The position numbers were made by a program, and so were the translations under genes. A stretch of 64,000 nucleotides of DNA from Eledone cirrhosa (lineage: Eukaryota), in assembly GCA_964016885.1 (NCBI GenBank), contig OZ024752.1, positions 3,038,001 to 3,102,000 of the forward strand. Reading direction: 5' to 3'. Each line of letters opens with the position of its first letter. The stretch's first letter is position 1. The notes beneath the pieces were generated by a model that saw only the letters and a program-made list of their open reading frames with translations, was not told where the DNA came from and searched no databases. Below, in pieces: positions 41,560 to 57,361 of the stretch.

Positions 41560-41840
41560 GTAAGGATCCGGTAGTTTAGGATTTTGCTAATAGATAAGTC
41601 ATTATAGAAAATGTGGAGTTTTTAAGGATAACTTTGATATAGGAAGTTGCTTCAAAAGCTAGCTATCTGTAGCTATATATCTGATGTGTTTTTGTAGAGA
41701 TCGTAGTATGGAAGAAACTTCTGAATATATTTCGTTATATTGCCGAATTTTTGGCATGAAAGTTCGAAATCGCCAAAAGAACATCACAGTAATTAAATGT
41801 ATAAGCATTCAGATATTGTAATGGGGAATAGTAGCATTGA

Positions 41841-42030
41841 GCCGATGTGGATTGGCAGTATCGGTAGAAAGTCAGACACCATGCTTTGACGCATAGAGTT
41901 ACGGCCCTTGCCATTCTAAGTTCAAATTCCGCCGGGGTTAACTTTACCTTTCATCCTTACGGGGTTGATAAAATAAAGTACCTGTAATGCACTGGGTATT
42001 TGCTGGCCTTGTACCAATAGTAGAAACAAT
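41841..42030 (+). mobile_element. tRNA-derived SINE (Meta-domain-like)
   Basis: A-box TGGCAGTATCGG, B-box AGTTCAAATTCC, core CCTTTCATCCTTACGGGGTTGATAAAATAAAGTACC. Confidence 0.9.
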
Positions 42031-42158
42031 GTTATTACTTCTAGGCGCCATATATGAGAAAGAATATATAGGTTAGTGTTATAGACTGCGGTGCAATGAC
42101 CGGAAAGACAATAAATCAGAATAGTACACGATGTCGGTGGGGCGCTCAGTATACATAC

Positions 42159-42245
<87 letters not shown>

Positions 42246-42464
42246 CGTTTGTGTGTGTATGTCTGTGTGTGAAGAATAGTTAATCTTAACATTCGTCGGT
42301 AATGTTAGATAAAAACATACATTAGGGAAATTATCGTGTTTCAGGGGCAAACAAGTTATAAATAAATGGTGAGTGCATTGTTAAATGTTTAAGACATTTA
42401 TATCACAACCATTGTGACATAAACACAATCGAGGGCGCAGCCACACCAACCTACACAAACCCAA

Positions 42465-43952
<1,488 letters not shown>

Positions 43953-44880
43953 TTTACTCACCATGAAAATAGAAAAAAAAACATGCTCTGATATATTTTA
44001 CTATAAAAATATTTCCCTAAAGCAAAACTATTAAGATTGAACCATAAACCAATTTTTCATTTGCTACAATTAATTGGAATAATGACAGCTAAACCAGTAG
44101 GGAATTACCATACTTGAAATAGAACTTTCTAGCCTCAGATTTTCATTGAATTAATTGTCTGAATAATCATACTCTAATACACTGCTAAAACTCAATATAG
44201 AAGTTACAAATTTAATTGTTGACTCAACGAAGGATTCAACAATAGACGGACGGAGAGAGAAAAAGAGGGACGAAGAGACAGGGAGAGAGAGTGTGCGTGT
44301 GTGTGTAAGAACCAATGTGTGTGTGGCTGAGGGTGAGAATAAGACACATAAGCAGGATTATGCAGAGAAGGAGAGACACAAGTAAAGACACGTGATGGAG
44401 TTATTCAATTGTTCATTGCTTTAGCATTCAGAAAAAAGGGCACTTAAAGTAATTGTTTGATTTTGTATTCATTTGCTGATGAATGATTGAAGACTTCAAC
44501 AATTTTAGATTTCTGGATTGTCAGGAAAATCTACGAAGCGAAAAACAAAACAAGTGAAAAATAGGAAAAATGTGTATTTAATTTTTTTTTTTTAAATTAC
44601 ATTTTTTTCCTCAGTTCTTATATATATTTCATTTACTTCTTGAAATTATTTCAAGAATTTAAGATAAGAATTTTAAAATGGCTAAAATCTGTTGTTAGTG
44701 ACATTTATATGACATGAACGTTTTCTCTTTGCATATCTTTTTGAAAAAAATAAGGTGATTAGAATTCACTTCCAAATGCTTTTAAATTTTATGTAACTGA
44801 AATTAAATGTGACAAATGCTGATCATGCCAAAGAATGCTGAGAACTTACATGTGTATAACCTATCTATGTATATCCTATG

Positions 44881-44911
<31 letters not shown>

Positions 44912-44932
44912 CTGTGTGTGTGTGTGTGTGTA

Positions 44933-44964
<32 letters not shown>

Positions 44965-44965
44965 T

Positions 44966-45035
<70 letters not shown>

Positions 45036-45317
45036 GTATAATATACACACACACACATTTATATGTGTGTGTGTGTATGTAAGTATACGTACTTACGTAC
45101 ACACAGGCATACATACATGCAGGCATATATACAAACCCATCCATACATCTATTCACAAATATATATATATGTGTATTTTTGGATTGGTACATGTTTGTGT
45201 TTTCTCAGTATATAAAGCAGAGTTTGCACACATGAAACCCAGAGTACCCACTCAATAAGATTCAGATTTTAATTATTCATATACCCAAAATATACACATA
45301 CGCACAGACATTCAAAC

Positions 45318-45383
<66 letters not shown>

Positions 45384-46555
45384 AAGAAAAAAGAAGGCCG
45401 GATTCCAAAAATGTATTTAATGTTGCAAAATTAGCAATACGTATATCTACGGTCGATTGACTTATATCATCATATTGTGACACACGACATTTTTCAACTA
45501 CGTCCAGCCGATGACCGTGACCTCACGCCATGGTCGAATTTCTCTGGCACTGAACTTCTATTTTAGATTCAGTTTCATCCTCTTACAAATACAACACTCA
45601 CCCCCAACTTTTAAAACAAAAAAAACGTACTTGTTATTTTCATTATTATTATTATAACGAATTGGAAATAATTATTGTAATTATTTTTATTAGAAATTGT
45701 TTACTGTTAACAAGTCATGTGGCGATGTGTAATTCACAAGATTAACTAATCTATCTTAGGATTAAGAGAAAACATAAGAAGAACAAAATTGATAGGAGAC
45801 GTCAGTCAGCCTCCCTTGCGACAGACATCCTCCGTGTGCAACACACTCAGCAATGATATACATTGTGTGTTCGTATGCACGACCAGGTAGTTGACTGCTT
45901 TGTAACGACACATTCCTGCCCCGGGCTGATATGCGACGCTATAAATCCTGGCTAGGTGTTATATTTAACAAAGTCAACGGGTACCAAATATTTTACTCTA
46001 TTGCCGAAAATCATCTCAGTCTGCCGTTGAATCTCTTAAAAGAAATAAATGTTAGTGTTGTGAAGTGTTGTTTAAATGTAAGAGATTATAAACCCAGTGC
46101 TAAATAATTATAGATAATTATAAAGGAAAATAAAAATGAAAATTAAAAAAAGGTACAAAGTGTAAAACGGTAAAAAGGTATATTGAAAATAAAATGTAAC
46201 GAAAATTGAATAATTATATTTCTAAAGAAAGAACGTATTTGCCTGTACATGAATGGGTTTGTATTACATTTCAATGTATAGCGAATAGATTCAATATATG
46301 GAAATGGGGAAAAATGTGTTGAGCATTATGTCCAGTACAATCCAAGTCTGACAGATGGTCAACCAAATCCCTGCGTTACAAGAGGTAAGGCAGAAGATCG
46401 CACGTGGTCAGTACACGATGTAAAGTGTAGCAGTAAATAATAGCAATCAACAGTAGCAATCATGACACGATACATTGTATGTACATAGAGTTACCTCTTA
46501 CTAATGGCAAAATATGAAACAACGCCAATTCTTCTAACCATAAGAAATAATCATA

Positions 46556-46740
46556 ATAGTTTCTATTTTAGGCACAATGCCAGCAATTAGCCAGTACATT
46601 ACTGGTACTTTATTTTATCGACTCCGTAAGGATGAAAGGCAAAGTTAACCTCGGCAGGATTTGAACTCAGATCGTAATGGGACGTAACTATGCTGGAAAG
46701 CATGTCCGACTCTCTACCGATACTGCCAATTCACCGCCCT
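46556..46740 (-). mobile_element. tRNA-derived SINE (followed by an older decayed copy to ~46960)
   Basis: Diverged reverse complement of the 59560-59746 SINE. Confidence 0.9.
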
Positions 46741-46989
46741 AAGAAAGAATGATAATAGTACATAATTCTGTCTAATTTAGGCTCCGGACCAAAGATTTTG
46801 GGACAGAGAAAAGTGTGTTGGTTTGACCCCGGTGTGTTACAGGTACATCATTTTTTCCTAACAGGCAAGCTACATTTGGACAGATCTGAATTCATAAAGT
46901 AGGCGGTGGTAACTATAACGCAAATCATTATGCCCAACGCTCTACCGATAGTGCCAACCCACAAAACTACATAATCAAATGTAGTTGAA

Positions 46990-47750
46990 TTATAAAGGTC
47001 AATTAATTACTAATAGGGAATAATTATTATAAGTAATACATGTATGTAATTATTTGAAATAATTATTTAAAGAACTAGGTAATTGGTATAGTGTCAAATG
47101 AGGTCGTACAATATGAACAATTACACATTACAAAATACACACGAAATATGTTATGGAATTGAACTATATTATAAAATATAATTTGCATGTCTTAATACAT
47201 AATACAACATTTCTGTAGTATATATCCTAACAGAGATTAATTATAAAAATATGCAAACAATACTACGAGTGGATAATTATAATAAGTAATACATATAAGG
47301 ATTTAATTGAAAGAAGTAATTATTTTGAGAAGTAGTTATTGGTATAGTGTCTATATGGAGTCGTATAATATCAGAAATTACAAATTACAGATGAAGCGTA
47401 ATACGAATTAAAATATAATATAACATAATATATAAAATTTACAGTATATGTGAAAGCACTTAATACAATATATATAATACATAATACCTAAAATATAATG
47501 CATAATAAAAGGTTTAAAAGACCATATATTATTCACCAAGACATTGGTTGCCATACACGATCATATCGATGCTGTGAGGTGGTGATTGATCTGATCATAT
47601 ACGTGGATATCAATACAATTAATAATATTTGAAATTTGTACATAATCTGAAGTCAAGGGTATGTTTTTCTTTATAATATCTATGTCATTACTTCGAAACC
47701 GGACTGTACCCCATGCAGTGTGTTAATTTCCACCCAGAATATTTAACCCA
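46990..47750 (-). repeat. Unclassified AT-rich dispersed repeat
   Basis: Inverted homolog of 8540-9290. Confidence 0.6.
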
Positions 47751-47948
47751 GAGAAAATCTCTGTGTGATCGGAGAACTAGATGGCAGCTAACATCTTGAA
47801 TCGCCTAACTTAATTTCAACCCCTAAATCTCCTCCCGTGTGCGTAGATTCCTGCGTATGGTATGTGACCCAGAATAGGTTACGCATAGGTATTGGTCGAT
47901 TCACTATAGCAAATGTATACTAAGTGAATGCTTAGATATCCAGCAAAA

Positions 47949-50700
47949 TTAGAATATAGATATCAAACACACTAATCCCAGGTCTGCGAGCTTGTTACAA
48001 CGCTTGAGGGATACCACACAGTTGAGGCTGTTACATAAAGAAGAAAATATATAAGGAATATAGTTTACTACTATCGGATCAATTTCTTCATTGTTACGAA
48101 AGTGCATTCTTTCTATAACATTGTTCATTCCTTTATGATTTAATACTGTTTGCATCCATGTGAAATTCAATATTCTTAAAGGATTTGATTTTTCATGGTT
48201 GTTGTTGATTTTCTTATTCTCATAATGTTGTTGCTCTTGTTGTGTGACCCTAGGTGAACACATATCTAGCATGTTCATTTACAAAAGCAATGCCATCTTA
48301 TATCTTTGTATTTCTAGGATGACGAATCATTCTTTTTTTCTTTGCTTGTCTTTTAGTAGCTGTCAATATTTGATTTATTGAAACTTGACTGCCCAATATT
48401 GAATTTCTAAATAGCTGGTATAGATTCCCACATTTGCTCGTTGCAATACCCGTTTGTCTTCTCCGAAGAAGTAACCTCTATTCGTTATAACTGAGCAGCT
48501 CTGTCAATGCATATGCAGAGATAATTGAAAACATAACAGTGAGTCACAGAGCCCCTGCCGTTTATACATAATACACACTAGCTAATTTAGTGATTATATT
48601 TTACATTCGGAGGAAACATTAACTCTCTGAATAGTATGTTTTACAATGCCATCTACTCTTAAACATCTACGCTAATACAAACTCGTATACATTTGTTTTG
48701 TTATTCTCTCCGCCGAGGAAGTTATTACTCAGTGAGAAACTCTTATTATCAAAACATGTCCAAATATTTGTCCATATATTTTCCTCAATCCATAATTGTT
48801 TTTAGTCAAAGACTTAATGCATCTTGAATGAATTATTTTACAATTATTTGAATATTTTCAGTACATGACATTCATTTAATTTGTTGTCATGTATTTCATT
48901 CTGTTTTTGATATATATTAAATGCATAGACATACTAGTGAAGGGATGTAATCATTATTTGTCTACATAGTCAGCTGGTATATGTCTGTAGATTGTGTTTA
49001 TTGCTACAACATATTTGGACACATAAAAAAATAATACGATCAGTCTACATCGTTATTCATCGATTAGTATTGTGATGGATGGATGCAGACAAGTTTGTTG
49101 AAGTAGCAGTATAAAATTAGTGGGACAATATATAAAGCACAACATCTATAGCGCAAACCAATGAATTATATTCTCGTTTACAAGTTAATTTACCGTCGTA
49201 GACCTTTAGTTGATGTATACGTCTCAAAATATATTCGAAGTCTGTAATATATATTAAATTTTGTCTGTGATCATTTAAAAGTTTGTAGCACTTTTTGCCT
49301 AATTGTCTTCTTCCTAATTTCTAGAATTCAGTTTACGTGTCATTGATTTGACCATGCTGCAGCATAGTTAACATTATATATAAGAAATATAAATATCTAG
49401 CATGACATAAATGTATACCGTAACAAACTACTGAGGGGGTGGGGGGTGTCTATGTGTTTATTCGATGTTTGAAATAAGAACCAAAATTCATTTAGTGTTC
49501 CCCTTACTGATTTTAAAAGAAAGACATTGAATAGATATAGTTAATTTATATCTAACTCAAACTATCGAATTTCTAAATATGATAATTTTGATTTAATTTC
49601 CAGTAGTTTTATGTGAGTCTATGCTATAATACTCATAATGCATATTTGCATAACAGTCAATGATTTACTGATGAATGTGAATCCAACACAGCTATATATT
49701 GCTCTGTAGAGAGGAAGATTATAATGTTTTATTTGTAACTGTATTATCGTTAGTGATATTACATGTGTTTGAATAGGTTTTCTTTAAGGGATAATTACAG
49801 TACAAAGAGGTTAGGACTTGCCATAGTCTAACAATAGCAATACGAACGTCATCGTGTCTGTGTTGATGTGCTGAACAGTGTAATGATGTGGTGTTAGCAG
49901 AAATGTGTTCGTCTTCGCAATACTTGTTTCTACTGTTGGCACAAGGCCAGCAATTATGCCAGGGTATTACTGGTACTTTATTTTATCGACCCCGTAAGAA
50001 TGAAAGGAAAAGGTATCCTCGGTGGGATTTGAACTCAGATGATAAAGGGCCGTAACTCTATGCTGCCAATCCACCGTCTTCGCAATAATGACATTACGTT
50101 AGCTGTATTGTGTTGGTAGATGTAGTGGTTTGTTTTGTAGCTTTGATTGTATCACGGTAATGATCGATATGAATCAGTTGAGACAGAATGGTTGACATAT
50201 GTTAGTTTCAATTATGACACAGTGGTACATATGCGACTTTTACGTGGATGCAATAGTAATGACGGAGCCGAAGAGGTTTCGGTGCACGTGAATGGTTTCG
50301 TAATGATCTTAACCACTAACTACTACACTCATTTTCATCTTTTCTCCCCTACAAATCGTCAGACCCCCCATTCTCATTTTGACATTTCTTGAACACATCC
50401 TACGAACTTCAAATCCAAACACACCTTTCACAAAATAACTTTGGCTACACTGACAATCCTGTTACGAATTTAAATTTAGTATCAATCAACACAAATGCAA
50501 ATCCTTTCCTTCTCATGTGACTACACTTGATTGGTCATTACAGGGTGCTCTTTAACAGTAAAGTCATCGCACAGAGAACCTTATTTCTGCCACGGACACA
50601 ATCTGGGGATAGGATTCACTTCAATAATACGTTCTATCTTTAAAGACATGGACAGAGTCGCGAGAAAATGAATAATGAATACTACAATTGAGGCGCTGAT
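47949..50700 (-). pseudogene. Run of decayed Ig-like exons
   Basis: SPRVT..HYEN..SNPLRILNFTW (ORF 47949-48278); FPPNVK..LQRANVGIYTS (~48390-48625); LKVYDGKLTCKRE..TDRIIFLCV (~48965-49241); SESYPQ..FEV(R)|GT (~50403-50680). Confidence 0.4.
49925..50076 (-). mobile_element. tRNA-derived SINE, internally deleted
   Basis: Same family as 59560-59746. Confidence 0.88.
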
Positions 50701-51096
50701 CTCGAAACATTTTTGTTAGAATGTATTACCCATTGAGATGGAGCTGTAAGCAAAGTGTTTATCACATGTATCATAGGGAAAACTTTAATTTTTAAATGTG
50801 CACCACTCAATGAAAATGCCTAGAATAATTCTAGACCTCCATAAAAAAAATAGAAAATCGAATAATTTTAAAGTTTCAAATTGTTTTTATCATCATTTGT
50901 TTTGTTTACCAGCAGACAGTATTGTATAACTGACGAAATTCGTCTCCAGCGGCCTTTGGTGCCATGATTCAGACAATGGTTCACTCCAGATTTTCTCAGC
51001 TATTACTTATAGTGATCCGCAAATATTATGGAACGCACATTTTTGACACTTATATGTATATATGAATGTATGTATCTGTATATGTATGTTTGTATG

Positions 51097-51139
<43 letters not shown>

Positions 51140-51298
51140 TTTATATACTTCAGAAAAAAATGTTCAAAAAAGAATTGTCCCTCTTTTTTTTAATAACACT
51201 ATCTTTTCAATAATGTCACTTTGACGAATCAAAAAAGAAAAACAGACCCTTAAACATATCTCCCGTGCTATTACCAGCTTCATCTTTTCTCTCTCTCG

Positions 51299-51414
<116 letters not shown>

Positions 51415-51934
51415 GTATGTATGTAGGTGCGTTTATATGCGTGTATATATGTCTATATATGTGTGTAGGTGTGTATATGTATATATATAATTAAGAGTAT
51501 GTGTTATATAAAGCTATTAGTGAGGCTTAAGAAATATTTTATTCGTTACTTAATGAGAATGCCTCTATTTTCTTCATTTCACCAATGGAAACTTTTAAAA
51601 ACTTTTTCTTGATAGCTTTTTAGACCCCGTGATTTTATCATGAACACATTAGAAAGAATTTATGTATAGTGTATTTATACTTTAGTCTATTAGAATTATT
51701 CCTCAAACGATTTTTTCTTAGAAATGATTTCTTGATCAATTATTTCACAATGGTGCTGGTCATTTTTTTTATTTCATTAATCCTGTTTTACATTGTCTGT
51801 TCTTCAAGAATATAAAACGAAGTAGAAACAAAATTTCCATTAGTATAAACACTCCCTTCTGGACATACACTTAAATACATATATACAGACATACACATAT
51901 ACATATATGTGTGTGTATGCCTTTATATATATAC

Positions 51935-51975
<41 letters not shown>

Positions 51976-52100
51976 AATATATTATACACACACACACATA
52001 TAAATATATATGGACTTATACATATATATATATACATACATATATATATATATGTATATATATATATACACTTATATATATATACATATATATTTATATA

Positions 52101-52137
<37 letters not shown>

Positions 52138-52679
52138 GTATGTAAAAGGTAAACCGAAATAACAACACAAACTGTAACGTATATATATATAATATATATA
52201 TTTATATATACATTTATATATATATATATATGTATGTGGGTGTAGGTATGTGTGTGTGTGTGCGTGTGCGTGTTTGGATGTCTATGAGGTTGTATGCGTT
52301 TTGATGTGGGTGTGGAGTAGTGCAGTTTGTTAAAGAATTGCTGAAACTGAGAAAGTACTGCGCATGTGAAAAGAGCTTGGCGTAAATGAATATTCATTAG
52401 GCTAACTATGGCGTCATTTAGGTACATTTATTTCTCTGACCCTCTGTTTCAGATGTTCAATGAAATCGCCTCCAGTTCTATATTGACTACATTTTGTAAT
52501 TTTTGTATTATTTTCTTTCAACGTTGTATGAACTCCAAATGAGAAGAGTAATTAAGAAATATATAGGTAGTGGTGTTTTAGTTATAATTACTATGTATGG
52601 AAAATAAGGTGCGTAGCTTAGGAGTTGAAAAAGTATATATATACATACATGCATACATACATATAAATATATATATATA

Positions 52680-53902
52680 TTGTCCTGGGTATGATATTAA
52701 AATGCATCCAGTGTCAAAGTTCCAGTTCGGGAGTTCAGAAGCTGTGGGGGAACGTGGAGTTGCCTCTTATTTATTATCACTCCCAGTTCTGCTCTGGCCT
52801 GGAATAGTAGTCCTTGGTAGGGCCCCATTTATGGGTTAAATAATTATCTTACTCGAGTGGCGCCGGTAAGGTATTATTAGCTATTGAAAAGAACAATGGA
52901 GAGTCAATTTAACAACTCTAGGGCTAGAGCCCCTAACTACACTGTCAAGGAGCAGTCTGGTCGTTATGACTCTGCTGGTTTAGAGCCATACTGAGGGCCA
53001 GTGGATGATGTATCAGCTATCTCCGTAACAAATATAAAGAATGCAGTTTTGTCCTGCAAAAAACCCATTAAAATAAGCACTCTAAATGTGAGCATTGTTC
53101 GGACGGGTAGAACAGAGAGGAGTTGGGTCATTTGTTCGAGGAGAGTGGTATGCAGATATTGTGATCCAGGAACATAGGATCCTACATGATAAACCCGTGA
53201 AGATAGTGGTGATTGGAGAGAGGAGCCAGCTCATCACCACATTAGCAGTGAGGAACACAACTGATGCTGCAGTAGGAGGAGCAGGTTTTGTGTTCAGGGC
53301 AAGAGCCAATCTGTTGGTAAGGGAAATAATACTTGTCTCCCAGCAAATGTGAGGGTGACTTTCAATGTAGATCCAAGGCTGACAGTCATCTCGTTCAGTA
53401 GTCCAACAGAGGAGGACAATGATGTGAGTGCAGAGGAGTTCCATGAGGACTTGTGTAGAGCTGTTAACCTCACACCTGTTCGTAACATCCTGCTTGTTGT
53501 GGGTAACTTCAATGCATATCTGAGTAAGGAGAACAGTGAAGACCCATGCTGATTCTTCCATAACAGCAGCAACTGAAATGAAAGACTACTGCTAAAGGCG
53601 AACTTGCTGGCAACCAAAGGGTTAGCAAGAATTCGGGGAAGATGTGGACATACATTTCTGATATGCACCTGTCCAAGTCCCAGAGTGATTTCATTCTGGT
53701 GAGCAAAATGTGGCGGAATAGTGTTCTGAACAGAGAACCATACCCCCAGTACACTGGGCTGTGACCACCGAAAGAGCAATCTATGACTGGGGAGCTTTCA
53801 AGAAAGGTGATAAGCTACAGGAGAAGCACACATTAGAAGTGAGGAACAGGTTCAGGGCTCTGTATAGAGAGGCAGTGGAGAGAGAGAGAGAGAGAGGCAG
53901 TG

Positions 53903-53970
<68 letters not shown>

Positions 53971-55822
53971 GGGGACTAATGGGTGTGTGAGGAGGAGTAC
54001 TTCACTAATGCAGTGGCAGAAGTAAGTGAGGCCCTGGTGTCGAGGAGAGAGAAGAGGAATAATGTCAGCTCTGCAGACCCAACAGTGTGTTGCCAAGCAG
54101 CAATTCCATGTTGATCCTACGGAGGAGAGGTAGGAGTACATAGAGTTGATGAATGAAGAACTCTGTACCGCTTACACTGAGGCCAGCCAGTGAGTCGTAC
54201 CTGTTAGACAAGATCAGAAGTGCGGAAAGAGTGGTTGACATGTCTAGGTGTAAGGAGAGCTGGACGATCATCAACGAGATCACAGGAAGGAAGTGAGGAA
54301 GTTCAAGTCTGATACTGGAACAAGGCCAGAGGATAGGAAGAGGAAATGGCTGGACCATCTTAAGACCCTACTAGGAGAGCCGCCCTCCACAGCCCACAAC
54401 ACTGGGGAGTTCACAGTACCCTTCGCCAGAGAAGAGCTTCAGTGAGCCAAGAAGATCAATGAGGGCAAGGCCCATGGGGAGGGTGGAGTGGGATCAGAGG
54501 TGATGAAGAGGTGTGATTTTGATGATATCACCCTGACACTGGAAAAAGGATTTGCACCGAATCAGTGGAGGATCAGTAACATCGAAAGAAGGGAGATCTC
54601 TCTAACACCAGCAACTACAGCGGGATCTCACAGACGCCACTTGTGGCAAAGACCCTCAACAGGATGATTCTTAACATGATCCAGCTCGAGTGGAAGAAGA
54701 AGCTCAGGGACAAACACTTCGTGATGCTGAGGGGGATATTAGAGGGATCTAGATCAAAGAACCTTCCTGATGTCATGGTTTTCATTGACTTTAGGACGGC
54801 CTTTGATTCTGGGGACATTCCGTGTCTGATTAAGAACTTACAGGCTTATGGAATCCCCAAGAAGATAGTAGACCGGATATTACTGCTCTACACTAACACC
54901 ATAGCCAAAGTCATTACACCTGACGGGATGACGGAGTTCTTTGAGATACTGGCTGGAGTGCTCCAGGGAGATACATTGGACCCCTACTTTTTTATTATCA
55001 CAGTGAACTATTGTATGCGCCTTGCTGGCTTTACTTTAGCACTGGCTCAGAGCAGGAGAGTTAAGGCGAAAAAGATACCAGATGCTCAATTTGCTGACGA
55101 TAGAGTTATGGTGACAAATACAGTGAAGGAGGCAGAGAATTTGATGCAGGAGGTGGAGACTGTGACGATGAGTGTGGGGCGGAGCATGAATGAGATTAAG
55201 ACGAAGTATCTGGTAGAGAATATCAAGAAGCCAGAGAAGATTATGAATGCAGGATGGAAGCCGCTAAAATTGGTTGCGGACTTCCAGTATCTGGGATCAA
55301 AGATTGGGAACACAGAGGGTGGTGTAATTGAGAGAAAGAACAAAACCTGTACGGTGTGCCACCGTTTGAGATCTGTGTGGAAGTTGGATATTCGTGATGG
55401 CCTGAAGATCCGCCTCTTCGTTCCTACGGTGGAGTCTGAGACTTGGACACTGACCAAGAAAACTCAGATGGTGGTTGAGTGCTACACAAGAATGCTGAGG
55501 ATTAATCAGTAAGCACTGAGGATGAAGAACTCAGAGCTGTACGGGAGCCTCCCAAATTGAGCTCGAAAGTAACACAGTGGAGACGGAGGTTAGGTGGACA
55601 TGTTCACCGACATCCAGAGTTGACATTGTACTCAGTGCTCCTGGGGAAGCCCTCCACTGACACACTAGAAGAGGGAGACGGATGTTGACACATGTTGTTG
55701 CCCTAAATACAGACACAGGCCTCTCAGAGACGCAGGACATGGCAGCGATGATAAGGGACAGAGACTGCTTGAGAGAACTCGCCCACGTATCTCTGAATTT
55801 TACCCGCACGAGATAGGTAGCT
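52680..55822 (+). mobile_element. Near full-length decayed RTE-clade LINE (APE endonuclease + RT)
   Basis: APE motifs IQEHR, GGAGF, SSPT and VGNFNA. RT ORF 54643-55512 contains FIDFRTAFDS, GVLQGDTLDP, FADD and FQYLGS. Many stops and an internal (GA)n tract. Confidence 0.92.
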
Positions 55823-55863
<41 letters not shown>

Positions 55864-55882
55864 TGTATATATATGCATATTC

Positions 55883-55988
<106 letters not shown>

Positions 55989-56003
55989 ATATATATATGC
56001 ATA

Positions 56004-56043
<40 letters not shown>

Positions 56044-56083
56044 CATATATATATATATACACATATATGTATATATATGCATA

Positions 56084-56177
<94 letters not shown>

Positions 56178-56857
56178 AGTAGAAGAATACATACACAAAC
56201 ACCCACATACATACAAAGTTGCATACATACGCGTATAATATTGACAATTTTCTTCGTGCAGTTATATGTAAAGGCTTCAAAGACTTCCCACTATGCTGTC
56301 GTGTGTAATCCACTTCAGCCCTTGTTACCAACCCTTATTAACCACTCTACTTATTTTAAAACTCTCATATATTCTCTGATTCATTTGAGCCTATATGCTA
56401 TTTTATTTAAATATCTGCTCATTTACAAATATATAAGCCACATTTTACTGATAATTCTTCGATTTAAAATAGTCCTTCAGCGTATAAGACCCATTAACCA
56501 CGCACATTAGTCCCTTCTCCTGTCTAGATATATTTAACACTCTCTGCTACACCTCACTACCCCATGAGATAAGTTTACTACTTTGATAAACCCAACAAAA
56601 CACTACCAAGAACAGCGTCCTATATGTTTACACCTATGAAATGGATTGCCGAAGGCACAAGCCGACACCACTTGGCGCCCTGATTGGTATTTTACCTATC
56701 TATCTATTCAAGTTTCTCTATCTCTCCCCTTCTCTCTTTCTCTCTCTCTATCTCTCCCCTTCTCTCTTTCTCTCTCTCTCTCTCTCACTCTTTCTCTCTC
56801 TGTCTGTCTCTCTCTGTATATATATATATATATACATATATAATATTATTCAAAATA

Positions 56858-57049
56858 ATAATTGTTTCTACTATTGGCACAAGGCCAGAAATTTCTCAGT
56901 ACATTACTGGTACTTTATTTTATCGACCCCGTAATAATGAAAGGCAAAGTTAACCTCGGCGGGATTTGAACTCAGAATGGCAAGGGCCGTAACTCTATGC
57001 GTCAAAGCATGGCGTCCGACCCTCTACCGATACTGCCAATCCACCGCCC
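56858..57049 (-). mobile_element. tRNA-derived SINE
   Basis: Same family as 59560-59746. Confidence 0.92.
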
Positions 57050-57123
57050 TGTTATGATAATATTTGTCCTTTATTATTCAAAATAATAATAAAGGAGAAA
57101 TATTATCATAACCAATGTGTATA

Positions 57124-57182
57124 TTTAATTATACATATTTCAAAGGTAGAATGGTGTTTCAGTACGTTTTCATCAGATAAAA
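57124..57182 (-). ncRNA. Minimal hammerhead motif, family D (diverged)
   Basis: TTTAT-CTGATGA-AAACGTA..TACCTTT-GAAA-TATGTA-TA-ATTAAA; homologous to 60785-60847. Confidence 0.65.
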
Positions 57183-57287
57183 TATATAAGAGATTGGATA
57201 TGCGACATACCGCTATGGTCTTGAATGTTCAATTCCTCTAGTGGTAGTATATATATATATGTGTGAGTGTGTGCGTGTGTGTATGTA

Positions 57288-57361
<74 letters not shown>

